A stretch of 64,000 nucleotides of DNA from Heterodontus francisci (lineage: Eukaryota). Below, piece after piece: positions 1 through 13,225 of the stretch. The translations under genes were made by a program, and so were the position numbers. Location: the NCBI RefSeq assembly GCF_036365525.1, contig NC_090405.1, positions 48,322,508 through 48,386,507 of the forward strand, in the 5' to 3' direction. Under the pieces are notes generated by a model. It did no database searches and was not told the origin of the DNA. It saw only the letters and a list, made by a program, of their open reading frames with translations. The first letter of the stretch is position 1. Each line of letters begins with the position of its first letter.

Positions 1-559
1 TAGCCTTTTAGTCTCACATAGACCATTAACATGAACACCGGAGGTACAAAAGATTGTTTCAGCTTGACTCACAACCTGGTGCATACCTGTTATCACACAT
101 TGGTTTGGCATTATCCTTAAAGAAAGCACTTTTGTTTATCTGGTGCCTCATCATGCATCTCAGTGACATCCCAAAGCACTTCACAAAGATGACTTTAAAG
201 TGACTAATCTAAGTGAAGGTGATAGCTATTTGGCAGAGGGAAATCCCAGAAGCCGCAAGGGGAATTAACAATTAATCTGTGGATGATGTTTGCTGAAGGA
301 GCAGTATCGGCCAGGGCACTGGGGGGAAACTCCCTGCTCTTCTCCAAGTAGGCCATGGAGACTGTCTGAGGAGGATGTTACAATTAGGACTAGACAGACG
401 CTGAGTTTGTTAGCTGGGACAATGCAGCACTTTCTCAGTACCAATGCTGAAATGTCAGCCTAAACCGTGTACTCAATCCGACATTACATTGAAGCTATAA
501 TTGTAGAAATCTTACTTCCTTAAAAGGTCTAGGTCCCCTCATTTTTTTTTCTCTCAAGT

Positions 560-960
560 AGACACGTGAGTGAGCCATACAAACCAAGAAGGGCCTCAGG
601 TGTAATCCATGCTCTACGCCAAGTTGGCCGATCTCAGTGGGGATGAAGCACCTGATTCTAGGGAGAAAGGGATGGGGGAAGACCAGCCAGTGTTCCCACT
701 TCTGATCATTGCTGCTACGTGTGTGTGTAGTTATTATGGGAGAACAGCTTACATGTGTATAGCACCTTTTAATACAAAATGCCCAAGGTGCAAGAACATA
801 GCAGGATTCAGAGGCAAAGCCCTCCATGGCCAACACTCAGTGCTGAGCCTCACACCTGAAGAACAAGAGGGCTCTCCATGCTTTAGGGCCATGACGAATT
901 ACAGTCTTCAGGAGAGGCGAGAAATCCTGACTATGAAATACCGTTACTAAGCAATTTTTG
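560..960 (+). repeat. Old tRNA-derived SINE-like repeat (related copies ~37065-37330, ~52720-53010, ~54780-55090, ~62860-63200)
   Basis: Shared TGAGCCAYACAGACCAG...GATCTCAG segments; family unassigned. Confidence 0.45.
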
Positions 961-1112
961 TACAAAATCAATTACATCACAGTGAAACAGGTGAGGCTTC
1001 TTGCACCTGGACAGTGCAAATCCAAGTATCTTGTCCAGTTACTGAGGCCACAATTTTTCAGCAAAATTATCAGTAGAGGCCATGATGCAATGAACTGCAA
1101 AGCAGCAAATGG

Positions 1113-3014
1113 CACAGAAAAATAGAAAGTAGGAGGAGTAGGCCATTCGGCCCTTCGAGCATGCTCCACCATTCATTATGATCATGGCTGATCATCCACC
1201 TCAGTAGCCTGTTCCGGCTTTCGCCCTATACCCTTTGATCCCTTTAGACCCAAGAGCTATATCTAACTCCTTCTTGAAAACATACAATGTTTTGGCCTCA
1301 ACTGCTTTCTGTGGTAGCGAATTCCACAGACTCACCACTCTCTGGGTGAAGACATTTCTCCTCATCTCAGTCCTGAAAGGTTTACCCCATATCCTTAGAC
1401 TATGACCCCTGGTTCTGGACTCCCCCACCATTGGGAACATCTTTCCTGCATCAACCCTGTCAAGTCCTGTTAGAATTTTCTAGGTTTCTATGAGATTCCC
1501 CCCCTCACACATCTGAACTCCAGCGAATATAATCCTAACCGACTCAATCTCCCCTCATACGTCAGTCCCGTCATCTCAGGAATCAGTCTGGTAAACCTTC
1601 GCTGCACTCCCTCGATAGCAAAAACATCTTTCCTCAGATTAGGATGCCAAAACTGCATACTATATTCCAGGTGTGGCCTCATCAAGGCCCTGTATAATTG
1701 CAGCAAGTCACCCCTGTTTCTGTACTCAAATCCTCTCGCTGTGAAGGCCAACTTACCATTTGCCTTTTTTACCGCCTGTTGCACCTGCATGCTTACCTTC
1801 AGCGACTTGGGTACAAGAACACCCAGGTCTCGCTGCATATTCCCCTCTCAGTTTATAGCCAGATAATAATTTGCCTTCCTGTTTTTGCTACCGAAGTGGA
1901 TAACCTCACATTTATCCACATTATACTGTATCTGCCATGCATTAGCCCACTCATTCAACTTGTCCAAATCACCCTGAAGCCTCTCTGCATCCTCCTCACA
2001 ACTCACCCTCCCACCCAGTTTTGCGTCATCTGCAAATTTGGAGATATTACATTTAGTTCCCTCATCTAAATCATTAATGTATATTGTGAATAGCTGGGGT
2101 CCTAGCACCGATCCCTGTGGTACCCCACTAGTCACTGCCTGCCATTCGAAAAAAGACCCATTTATCCCTACTCTTTGTTTCCTGTCCGCCAACCAATTTT
2201 CTATCCATAGCAATACACTACCCCCAATCCCATGCGCTTTAATTTTACATGCTAATCTCTTATGTGGGACTTTGTCGAAAGCCTTCTGAGAGTCAAAATA
2301 AACCACATCCACTGGCTCCCCCTCATCAACTCTACTAGTTACATCCTCGAAGAATTCTAGTAGATTTGTCAAGCATGATTTCCCTTTCATAAATCCATGC
2401 TGACTCTGCCCGATTCTACCACTGTTCTCCAAGTGCTCTGCTATAAAATCTTTGATAATGGGCTCTAGAATTTTCCCCATTACCGACGTCAGGCTGACTA
2501 GTCTAAAATTCCCCGTTTTCTCTCTACCTCCCTTTTTAAATAGCGGGGTTACATTAGCTACCCTCCAATCTGTAGGAACTGTTCCAGAGTCTATAGAATC
2601 TTGGAAGATGACCACCAATGCATCCACTATTTCTAGGGCCACTTCCTTCAGTACTTTGGAATGCATACTATCAGGCCCTGGAGATTTATCGGCCTTCAAT
2701 CCCATCAACTTCCCCAACACCATTTCTCTACCAATACTGATTCCTTTCAGTTCCTCTCGCTCACTAAGCCCTGTGTTCCCCAACATTTCTGGTATGATAT
2801 TTGTGTCCTCCTTTGTGAAGACAGAACCAAAGTATGCATTTAGTTGGTCAGCCATTTCTTTATTCCCCATAATAAATTCCCCTGTTTCTGACCGTAAGGG
2901 ACCTACATTTGTCTTCATCAATCTTTTTCTCTTCACATACCTATAGAAATTTTACAGTCAGTTTTGATGTTCTCCGCAAGCTTGCTCTGTTTTCCCCTTC
3001 TTAATCAATCCCTT
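1113..3014 (-). mobile_element. 5'-truncated CR1 LINE (ORF2 RT, frameshifted) in STOML1-like intron 4
   Basis: ORFs 1848-2936, 1488-1838 and 1201-1440 carry CR1 RT motifs. Confidence 0.94.
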
Positions 3015-3084
3015 GGTTGGACATAACCCTTGTGGCCCTGGTGCTTAATGCAGCAGTCAAAACAAAAAGAAAAACCGTACTCAC

Positions 3085-3288
3085 TGCTAACTGTGCTGCA
3101 ATTTTATTCTTGTCCTTCTGGATTTTCACCAGCCTTTTTTTAAGCAGGAAGTGCATCAGCACATCCTGAGCAGTGAATGTTGTGGTGCTGTCGGCATCCT
3201 CCACGACTGCCACAAATAGAATTGGATTCCAGATATGGTAGTGGATTTCTGCACTGATATAGATCAGAGCTCCATCTTTACATGTTGC
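3085..3288 (-). CDS. STOML1: STOML1-like exon 4 (ATCKDGALIYISAEIHYHIWNPILFVAVVEDADSTTTFTAQDVLMHFLLKKRLVKIQKDKNKIAAQLA); gene continues beyond the window
   Basis: 204 nt, cacag|...GCA|gtgagt; aligns by eye to STOML1 LASKDGAVLSVGADVQFRIWDPVL...TAQ...LLKRPL..IQ..K.KI..QL. Confidence 0.9.
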
Positions 3289-4491
3289 CTGTGTGAAAGA
3301 GATGAAAGTTTACCCTTCCTTCTGCGTGATGTACTGAGAGATTAGACGATTTTTTTTTCTGTTTATGGAGTAATAAGAAAAAAAATTATTACTCCATTTT
3401 GTAAATATATCTGTTGTTATAAAGAGGTACGTCCGATGCACAACTGCTTCTTGTCACACTTTTGTGCTATGCTTCAAAATGGCACACTCAAATTTCCACG
3501 TCACAGTTGAAAGAGAAGTATAAAGAAGTCAAGGAACTCGGAATGTCTGCAGCATTTTAATTGATCTCTGTATGAACTCAGCTAGAGATCAAGTAGAATG
3601 GGCCTATACTCTCTGGAGTTTAGCAGAATGAGAGGTGATCACATTGAAACTTATACATTTCTTAGAGGGCTTGACAGACAAGGTAGATGCTGAGAGGCTG
3701 TTTCCCCTGGCTGGAAAGACTAGAACTAGGGCTCGCAGTCTCAGAATAAGAGGTCAGTCATTTAAGAAGGAGCTGAAGAGAAATTCTTGACTCAAAGGGT
3801 TCTGAATCTTCTGAATTCTCAACTCCAGAGGGCTGTGGCTGCTCAGTTATCAAGTATATTAAAGGCTGAGATTGATGGAATCGAGGGTTATGGGATTAGG
3901 CAGCAAAGTGGAGTTGAGATTTAAGCCATGATCTTATTGAATGATGAAGCAAGCTCAAGGGGCTCTATGGCCTCCTTCTGTACCAATTTCATTTGTTGTT
4001 AAGCTTACTTAAAAATTAGACTGCAGAGGCTTTAAACGGCACACCTACAATTTGACAGAAGAATAATATAGTGTTTTACGGGATATAATGTTCTTTTTCT
4101 TATAAAAATAATGTATTCTCTGGAGACATTCCAAAATACATATAAAAATTTTGAAACCCAATCATCACACTGCAGGCGTCATATTTTGCCTCAATTACAA
4201 AATTCTGTGTTGCACAAAACAAAAGGTCAATCATTTCCTGGAGGTATCTTTAAACCATGGCGAGGAGGAAAAGATTTATAAGCAATCGCCAATATAAAAA
4301 GAAACTATAATGGAGCTCAGGAAGCATCTAACCGCAATTAATATCAAACTGACTTCATGTTTTATCTACTTAAAGAAACTGAACTTTGCAGCCTTAAAAG
4401 GACAGATCAATTACAAAAAGCTAAGACCACTAACAATAATTTAATGCCTCAGATTTACTTGCTAGAAATCAGGGCCAAAAAGCCCACATAC

Positions 4492-4641
4492 CTTAAACGG
4501 TGCGATACTGAAAGCTTTAGGCCGGAGGTCAACTTTGTGCCATTGGTCAATGAAAGGCAGCAAAAGGATTATTCCAGGGCCTTTGCTGCCAATGACCCTT
4601 CCTAAGCGGAACACAACAAATCGCTCATACTTCGGCACTGA
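4492..4641 (-). CDS. STOML1: STOML1-like exon 3 (SVPKYERFVVFRLGRVIGSKGPGIILLLPFIDQWHKVDLRPKAFSIAPFK)
   Basis: 150 nt, ag/gt bounded, phase 0; SPFH start motif YER.VVFRLGR...GPG...LPFID...VDLR. Confidence 0.95.
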
Positions 4642-5699
4642 CTGCATTTGTAAAGAGAAACGGCGGTTAGTAAGAACCAGTTCCCTCTGTTCAACACCAT
4701 AAAGCATCTACAGCTCAATGGTGCAAACTAAGCTGTTCCTATGCCACAACTGAGGCCAATGATTTGTGACTTTCATGGGAAAATGGAGCAAAATCTCAAA
4801 CACTAGTACAAGTCTCGGAGTACCGCGTAATAAAGCAGAATTTGACATTAAAAGTCGGCAGAAGCTAGTGGTTCTGGTCATAAAACCTAACAGTCGTCAC
4901 AGCTCCTGGAAATATCCTGGGTTATTGGAGGACAGGGAAGCTGTCTGGAATGGGGTAAGCAGCAAATGCTGGAAGATTGGCCCTCCTTGCATATGCAACA
5001 TTTTAAGTAGTCTAACACACACACACAGACACGTCCAAACTTTTGAATTCAAGCCCCATTATAGAATTTGAGCATATAATGTAGGTTGACTCTTCAGTGT
5101 AATACTGAGGAAGTGTTGCTATTGAGTTAATACCTTAAGCCAAGTCTCTGGTGTCCTGCCTCAGTAGCTGAGGTAGAAGTTAAAGATCCCACAGCACTAG
5201 TTAGAGTAGAGTGTTCTCCAGGTCTCAGCCAGTATTCCTGCCTCAACTAACAATACCAGAACCAGATATCCTGTTCTTTACTCTCAACGTTGTTTGCAGG
5301 ATCTTACTATACGCAACATTAATGTTTCCATAATAGTTACTGTGTTCAAGCTAACTCATTGTATGTGGAGATATATCTTTCAGTGATATTTTACAATTTT
5401 GTTCAAAGAAAAAGATTTTCTGCCATAATTAGAATTCTAACACCACAGACGAACCTGATCCTATTTTCACTTAGCGTTAACACACATTTGCCAGAAGGGG
5501 TCACTGGACACCCATCAGGAACAGGCATTCTGGTGGAATGTTTCCCAACACTAGCCCTCAGTTGTCCCAGCTCCGATCAGGAAACTCAGTGTTGGCTGGT
5601 AAACTAGGCCTCCTGCTGTTTATGACTTCATTCCGCTACAAAAAGGCACCACCGCAGGAAGAGGGGAAAAAGTCAGATTTGACGCTTCGAATTGCATAC

Positions 5700-5806
5700 C
5701 TTTAGAACAAACCATCCTGAGATTGGAAAAGTAAGCATCACGAACAGGAAAACAAGGATGGTCAGAATCCAAGTGCAAATCAACTCTAGACAGCCTGGAT
5801 GCCTAT
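5700..5806 (-). CDS. STOML1: STOML1-like exon 2 (DRHPGCLELICTWILTILVFLFVMLTFPISGWFVLK; membrane hairpin)
   Basis: tttcag|...AAG|gtatgc; 107 nt; contains the TFPISGWF.LK motif of STOML1; absent from the ORF track. Confidence 0.92.
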
Positions 5807-6406
5807 CTGAAAGAGAGGCGATTTTTTTTAAAAATGGAAAGCAGATTTAGTCTGAACAATGAAGGCAAGATACACAGCAACACATGTATCTTTTTGTTGC
5901 AAAATATTTGAATACAAATTGGGATCTGTTGAATAGGGTCACCAGAACCATCGTTTGAAGAACTCAACTGTAAAATTAGAATGCTTATTCCGATTATTGT
6001 AATTACCTTGCACATTAACACAGGAGCAGTCCATTCAGCCTGTTCCATCATTCAATTAGATCATGGCTGATCTTTACCTCGCCCCATTTACCTGCCTTTT
6101 GTTCCCTATCCTTTTGATTGCCACACCCAATTAAAATCTAACATTTAGTTTGAGAGAGAGCTTTAAGTAATGCGAGAATCAAGGACCATTTAAAATATTT
6201 ATTACTGCTTCTGTATAATCATATTTACTGATAATAAATGATTAAGTCCACCTTAGCCTGAGCTACCTAGGCTGGTAGTATGATGTTTTGTGGCTGTCTG
6301 GGAAAAGCTGGACTGACTATGTTGGGTGGACCATGCATTACTTCTGGTGCTTACCCCAGCAATAGAAGGGTGCATTGTTGAACTGCACCAACACCATTCT
6401 AGATAT

Positions 6407-7347
6407 TGTTACGAAAGTGCTTCCATTTTTAGTTGAATTTTTTTTGAGGATTTGTGTTTTAAAACAGAAAACATTCCAATGATGAGTTTCTTTTACAAAG
6501 CTTACTGAAAGGACACTCGAGGTGTTGTTTGAAAACAACCTTTGCTGGAAATCATGTGCTTAAGCTCAATAAACAACACACACCTTGGTAACCTGGGGAA
6601 GATGTTTACGGAGAAGCCACATGTCAAGGTTTATGGAGGTCAGGAGGTTGACTTTCTGTTCGGGGTTTGGATATTTTCCAGTTCAGTTAGGGTGTGAATT
6701 GTTTTGAAGACAGTTGGTGTTTTGCCTGCCAAGGAAAAAGAAACCCCAGCTCATTTTGCTCACCTCTTTCTCTACCTCTTTGAAGAAACCCTGCAAAGAT
6801 CCAATGTGGGAAAGCTAAAATCCCTTGTGCTGCATCTCTCCTGAGAAGCTGGTAAAACCTGCCAGATTAATTCTCAATGCCGCCTAAAAAGAGCTGCTTT
6901 AGAAAAGATCCCAGTGACCCATCACTATATACCCAGATCATAAGGTACAACTGAATTCCTTCCATATCTTCTGTTTTTGCTTCAAGAGTTAGCAAGTATT
7001 TGGCCAAAGTATTCTTTTTTGTCTTTTTATCTTGTAACAGAGCTCTGCAGAGAGAATTTCTGTATTTTTTTCTAGAGCGTATATGTGAGCAATTTAAAAC
7101 GGGAACTTTCATATTTCAATCTGTGTGTTAATGCTTTGCTTTGGTATTGGAGAAGTCTTGTTTAACAAACAACAAAATTATCAGTTTATTATCAAAGAAA
7201 CCTGGTTGCTGTATTTTATTCTGGGGCAAAGAGTAGAGTATCTGATTGACCGTATTGGTAACTGGGTAAATATTTAAATATATGTTGCGACCTGTGGAGA
7301 AGCGGAACTAGAAAAGACAATGCACTCCTCCCACGTCGGTCATAACA
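6407..7347 (+). repeat. 5' LTR (TGTTA...TAACA)
   Basis: Homologous to 14950-15845; followed by a degenerate PBS-like TGGCAGC...GGGAT. Confidence 0.92.
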
Positions 7348-8039
7348 CATAATTGGCAGCCCTCTGTGGGATAACCCAATGCAGACGACGTGAAATTATA
7401 AGTGGGGTAATAATTGAAAAGAGGAAACATAAAAATCCAGATTTCTTGTGCATTAGCATAAAGTTTACACGACTGGAATGTCTTTGTTAGTTGCTACAAC
7501 CTTTCTGGAGGAGGAGGATGTATCCCTGATCTGAGAAACTTAACCAAGGTTAGACTAAAGGAATTGGCAGAACTGTTGACAGAGTTAAAACCAAAAGCTA
7601 AGAAAGCAGATATAATTGAGGTAATAGCACAACATTTGAAATTGGAAGAAAAAGGCGAATCAGATGGTAGTGCAGTTGAATTAGCTAAAATTCAGTTGCC
7701 GATGAGGCAGCTTGAACTTGACAAAGAAGAAGAAATAGAATTGGAGAACTTAAGCTTGAACAGGAAAGAGAATTTACAATGAACAAACGAACTAGAATTT
7801 CAAAGAGGAAGTGTAAAATATAGAAGGGAATTTGAATTTTAAAAGATGGAACTAAAACAAAGGAGTGGTCCGGACTCCAGTGAAAATGTTGTGAGGAAAG
7901 ATCTGAATCCAGCCCAAGACCAAGTGCCGAGCTGTTTATATTTGTACAAGCCTCCCGAAGTTTGAGGAAAGGGACAGAGACATTTTTCATTTCTTCTGAA
8001 AAGATAGCCAGACAGATAAAGTGGCTGAAGGAAAGCTGG

Positions 8040-8842
8040 TGTTACAACCAGGTGAGAAAGGTGTCTAGGGGTCTTTCTCAGCCTTCACCTGGTTTTGTTG
8101 TAACAGGGTTTACGTTTTTAAACAGTGTTCTGAGCTCCCCCTTGATGAATCCTTGTTCACCGCTTTCCAATTCTAAGGCAAAGAAACCAGCACAAAGAGG
8201 CCTTCTTAGGTTTAAAGAAGAAAAGTGAAATTTATTAAAACTTAAACCTAATCTCTAATTCGGTTAACGCCCATGGATACACGCCGCGCCCCATGCTAGC
8301 ATGCATACGTGATACGCATGTGCAAATACAGACAGAAAGAGAGGTTTGAGGCAATCTCTGAAGAGGAGTTTTTGTTACTGTGCTTCGAGCTCGCTGTAGT
8401 CCTTGCTTCTCATTGGAGCCCAGTATTCTTCTCAAACCTTGTTCACCGTAAGAGACTTTGCTCTCTTGGGGTTCATATGTCTTCAACGGTTTCCGACGCT
8501 GGTGAAAGCGAGATGAGAGTAGACAGGACAGAGGTCTTTTCAGTCCAGGAAAGAACAGCTTTCTGAGTTTTAAAACTCAGACAAGTCCAAATTTTAAAAA
8601 AACTCCAACCGCCAGTTAGTCATGTGAATAAACTGGTCCGACCATGTCTTCTGTGTATTGGGGAAGAAGGGACTAGTTCCTTTGTTCCAACATGGTCTGC
8701 TAGTATGCAAAAAATGGCTTTCCAGTCAGGGGCTTGGCAACCCTTTGTAATAGGCCTTCTTCCCAGCAACAATTTTAAAATTTAATGTCCATGTGGCGAA
8801 ATATGTGTGCCTCACTCTTGGCAGGTGGGGGCCTGCATGACA
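8040..8842 (-). mobile_element. Solo LTR of another family inserted in gag
   Basis: TG...CA termini; CTGG TSD (8036-8039, 8843-8846); removing it restores the gag frame ESW-TRLMQSRLIG. Confidence 0.88.
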
Positions 8843-9905
8843 CTGGACACGGCTTATGCAAAGCAGGTTGATTGGCAGAGCGCAAGAGGTTTATGCCATG
8901 CTTCGTGAGGAGGCTTCGGCAGATTACGAAATGGCAAAAAAGGCTATTGTTGTCGCTGCTTATGAGTTGGTCCCTGAAGCATATAGGCAGAAATTTCAGA
9001 AGCTCCGGAGACAGCCCGAGAAGACTTATATAGAATTTGAGAGGGTAAAGTAAATTAATTTTGATTGTTGAATGCGGGCACTAAAGGTAGAAGCCATGTA
9101 TGAGAACCTTAGAGAAATAATTCTCTTGGAAGAATTTAAAAATTCACTCCCTCCTTTAGTACAAACCCATGTAGAGAACCAGAAGGTTTCAACAGCCAGA
9201 CAGGCAGTGGAAATCACTGAAGGTTACGAGCTTGTTAACAAGTCCAAACCCTTTGTCCATCACCCCCACAAACCCGAGGAGGATGGAAGGTGGGTGGGTG
9301 AAAGGAAGGCAAGTAGCCGGGGACAAGAAGGGACAGCTGGGAACGCCGAGATCTCCTCCTCAAGCCAGAAATGGAAGATGCTGAGGGTGGAAGTGAGGTC
9401 TGCAAGGCCAAGTGTTACCATTGTCATAAGGTGGAACATCTTCATGCAGAATGCTGGAAGTTGCGGGGTAAACCCATGGGACTTACTGGGGTGCTCAAGG
9501 TCAATGAGGAGAAAGGGGCCCTGACCGAGAGTACAGCAGATCAGGCTGTAGGTCTGACTGCAGCTGTAAGGCCAAGTACAAAAACCACTGAGAGTGCGGG
9601 GACGTGAATAAGATACTTGAGAGTTAAAGAGAATTCTTGCCAAAAGGAAAATAACTCCTTATAAATCAAGTGAGGCAGGTAAGCCTATAGTTATACGTAG
9701 GGATACAGGAGCCACCCAAATCCTTTTGCTGGGGAAAGGCATAACTTTTCCACTAGAGAGCGCACTAATTGCCAAGGTTTTAGTGAATGGTATTGGCAGG
9801 GAGTATATACTCGTACCTTTGTATCAGGTGCACCTAGAGTGTGACCTAATCCCTGGAATGGTAGCTGTAGGAGTTGTCCATAGTTTTCCTGTAGACAAAG
9901 TTGAC

Positions 9906-10263
9906 GGCACAGTGGCGCAGTGGTTAGCACCGCAGCCTCACAGCTCCAGCGACCCGGGTTCAATTCTGGGTACTGCCTGTGTGCAGTTTGCAAGTTCTCC
10001 CTCCCTCCCACCCTGCGTGGGTTTCCTCCGGGTGCTCCAGTTTCCTCCCACATGCCAAAGACTCGCAAGTTGATAGGTAAATTGGCCGTTATAAATTGCC
10101 CCTAGTATAGGTAGGTGGTAGGGAAAAATAGGGACAGATGGGGATGTGGTAGGAATATGGAATTAGTGTAGGATTAGTATAAATGGGTGGTTGATGGTCG
10201 GCACAGACTCGGTGGGCCGAAGGGCCTGTTTCAGTGCTGTATCTCTAAATAAATAAAATAAAT
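9906..10263 (+). mobile_element. HE1-type V-SINE
   Basis: tRNA-like head with A/B boxes, V-domain (GGGTTTCCTCCGGGTGCTCC), CR1-like tail, (TAAA)n; inserted in pol. Confidence 0.9.
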
Positions 10264-11455
10264 ACTCCTGGGGAATGATTTAGCCGGAGTGAAGGTAGTA
10301 GCTTTTCCAGTAGTCACAGAAGAACCAACTGAAGTTAAAGAGACAGAACAGTTGCAGGAAAAGGTCCCAGGAATTTCTCCTTCATGCGTAGGGACCCGAG
10401 CAATGGCTAAACAAACTCCATTGTCGGAGATCAGATTGGCACAACAGGCAGATGGACTAATATCTGAAACTTCCTTTGGAGATTTGGATAATCCAAAGGA
10501 AATATTTAATAAGTCTTCTCTGATCAAGGCTCAGCAAGCCAAACCAGAGTTAAATAAAGTGGCACAATTGGCTCTAACTGAAGCTGAAGCAAAGGGAGTT
10601 CCGGAAGGCTACTATATAAAAAATTGGATTCTGATGAGAAAGTGGAGACCTCCTCACTGACCTGCAGATGAAGAATGGATGGTTGTTCACCAGATAGTGG
10701 TATCGCCCAAATGTTACTGGAAAATATTAAGGATAGCGCATGAAATTCCTAAAGCAGGACGTGTGGGGACCCGGAAACTGAATCACGTATAGGTCGACAT
10801 TTTTATTGGCCAGGCCTTTCCAAAGACGTGGTGCAGTTTTGTAAAACGTGCCATACAAGCCAGATTGTGGGAAAACCCCAACCTGCTGTAAAACCAGCAC
10901 CTCTAATTCCCATACCAGTTTTTGGGGAACCAATTTGTAAGGTGTTGGTAGAGTATGGAGGACCTCTACCGAAAACAAAAGCAGGACACCAATATATACT
11001 CACTATCGTGGATATGGCTACTCGGTTCCCAGACACCATTCCCTTGAGAACAATTTCTGTGGTAGAGAAGTTAACCCAGTTGTTCACCAGATTATAGATT
11101 ACCGATTGAGATTCAGTTCGATCAAGGTTCCAATTTTATGTCTAAAATTTTCCAGGATGTTAAAGTCTTCAGCATACCACCCACAGACACAAGGGGCTTT
11201 AGAAAGGTACCATCAGACCCTCATAACGATGATCAGGGCACACTGTCATGAATATCCCCAAGATTGGAATAAAGGGCTAGAATTTCTTTTGTTTGCCATT
11301 AGGGATTCACGTAATGACTCTACCAGTTTTAGTCCTTTTGAATTAGTTTATGAACATGAGATAAGAGGTCCTCTAAAATTAAAGAAAAGGTATTTAGAAC
11401 AGAGGGATGAATCTTCTGTGCTAGAGTAGGTATCCGTGTTCCGGGAGCAGCTCAC

Positions 11456-11702
11456 AACTCTTTGATCAGAGTCAAGCTGTCTGGTTTAAGTTTCGAACAA
11501 AGCTTGGCAGTTAACTGTCAGTCACCATAAACTGGTGCATTCTCCATGGCAGCGCCACTACCAGAGTCTACTTGCCAACCAAGAAGCATTACCTTCTCAT
11601 ACAGTATAAATTTGTTGCTTCCCTTACATTGGTATTCTTGCGATTTGTCCTGATGAGCGCAAGATGAAAAGCTTCGACAAATGTCTCTATTTTCAGCAAT
11701 AC
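11456..11702 (+). mobile_element. 3' end/pseudo-LTR of a second Penelope-like family
   Basis: Interrupts pol; TATA-like CAGTATAAAT followed by a hammerhead motif; boundaries approximate. Confidence 0.6.
11643..11682 (+). ncRNA. Minimal type I hammerhead ribozyme motif, family B
   Basis: ATTTGTC-CTGATGA-gcgcaagat-GAAA-agct-TC-GACAAAT: 7-bp helix I, exact core, palindromic AAGCTT helix III; helix II weak. Confidence 0.75.
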
Positions 11703-12413
11703 GCAAGTTCTTGACTACCAAATGACTAATACTAAGTTGTTAGGGAGATTGGACACTATGCTTTCATATTTAGATACAGAACAACGAGAAGACCCAACAA
11801 GGCTACTCATAGCATTTAAAAGGAATCTGTAGGGACAAGACAGGATATACAACTTTACACATGATGTAGATGTAGGGGAATCCTTTCCTATAAAACAACA
11901 TCCTAATCGCTGATGTCCAGATAAAAGCAGAAATCATGTTGGAAAACCACCTAATTGAACCCAAAGAAGCTGGAATTCCCCAGTAGTATTAGTGCCTAAA
12001 CCCGACTGTTCAACAAGATTCCGCATAGACTACACAATGGTTAATGTAGTAACAAAGGCAGACTCCCAGCCAATTCCTCACTTAGAAGATTGTATTGACA
12101 GAGTGAGCAGTGCCACATTTCTTACAAAAATAGATTTGTTAAAGAGATATTGGCAGGTTCCTTTAACACCCCCAGCTAAAGAAACATCGGCCTTTGTCAC
12201 AACAGATGGTCTTTTCCAACGCCGGGTGTTGCCTTTGGGGCTAAAAAAAATGCCCCAGCCACTTTTCAGAGACTAATAAAACAAGTAGTAGCCAGTGTTC
12301 CTTGATAATGTGCTGGTATACAGTGACACTTGGAAGGACCACTGAGAACTGGAAGCTCTGTTAAGAAAATTACAAATCGGCTGATTGATAAACCTTGCCA
12401 AAAATGAAAGTAA

Positions 12414-12766
12414 TTTTTTTTATTATTTGTTCGTGGGATGTGGGCGTCGCTAGGCCAGCATTTATTACCCATCCCAAATTGCCCTTATACTGAATGGCTT
12501 GCTAGGCCATTTCAGAGGGCAGTTAAGAGTCAACCACATTGTTGTGGGTCTGGAGTCACATGTAGGTAAGGACACCAGATGGGGTTTTTACAATAATTGA
12601 CAATGGTTTCACAGTCACCATTGGACTAGCTTATCAGTTCCAGATTTATTAATTGAATTCAAATTTCATCATCTGCCATGGTGGAATTCAACCCATGCCT
12701 CCAGAGCACTAGACTAGGCCTCTGGGTTATTAGTCTAGTTACATTACCACGATGCCACCACCTCCC
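12414..12766 (-). mobile_element. tRNA-derived SINE, second family (related copy ~19635-19950; shared tail at ~63890-64000)
   Basis: Reverse head GGTGGCATCGTGGTAATG...GGGTTGAATTCCACC; tail shared between copies. Confidence 0.7.
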
Positions 12767-13225
12767 CGAGCATAGAATAGGGAAAGGACAAGTGTTGCCG
12801 AGACCAACAAAAGTACATGCATTGGTGGAGTTCCCTACCTCTAAGACTAAATGAGAAATCATGAGGTTTTTGGGAATGTGTGATTTCAACCACAAGTTTG
12901 TATCAATTTTAGTACTATAGCTGCTTCACAAACAGATTTGCTACAAAAAAGAAAACCAAGATAGCGTGCTCAGGGGGGCTGTCAAACATCTATTGAGACG
13001 CAGAAAGCCATTTTGATTAATGAACCAGTGTTGGCTGTTCCAAATTTCACTAAGCCCTTCAAGGTAGCATTTGATGATAGTGATCTGGGGGTCAGTGCAG
13101 TCCTGTTACAAAATGAATCAAGCATAGAAAGGGCAGTGGGATGCTTTTCCAAAAAGTTGACACCAAAAAAAAGTTAAACCGTGGAAAAAGAAACCCTGTT
13201 CGCCATGACTACAGAGACACACTGG

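Noticed and set aside
495-950. 113-aa ORFs on both strands as a possible STOML1 exon 5 or novel gene
   Set aside because: No similarity to the expected EIN..T..WG.EV.RVE motif; overlaps an old SINE-like repeat
5803-6051. Hydrophobic 82-aa ORF as the stomatin membrane segment
   Set aside because: The real hairpin exon is 5700-5806; this ORF is intronic and partly a CR1 tail
9906-9985. tRNA gene
   Set aside because: tRNA-derived head of an HE1 SINE, continuous with the V-domain and LINE tail
10631-10645. CTGATGA matches at 10631, ~21044, ~44779, ~45234 and ~61185 as hammerheads or C/D boxes
   Set aside because: No helix II-GAAA-NUH arrangement or terminal stem; most lie in retroelement coding sequence
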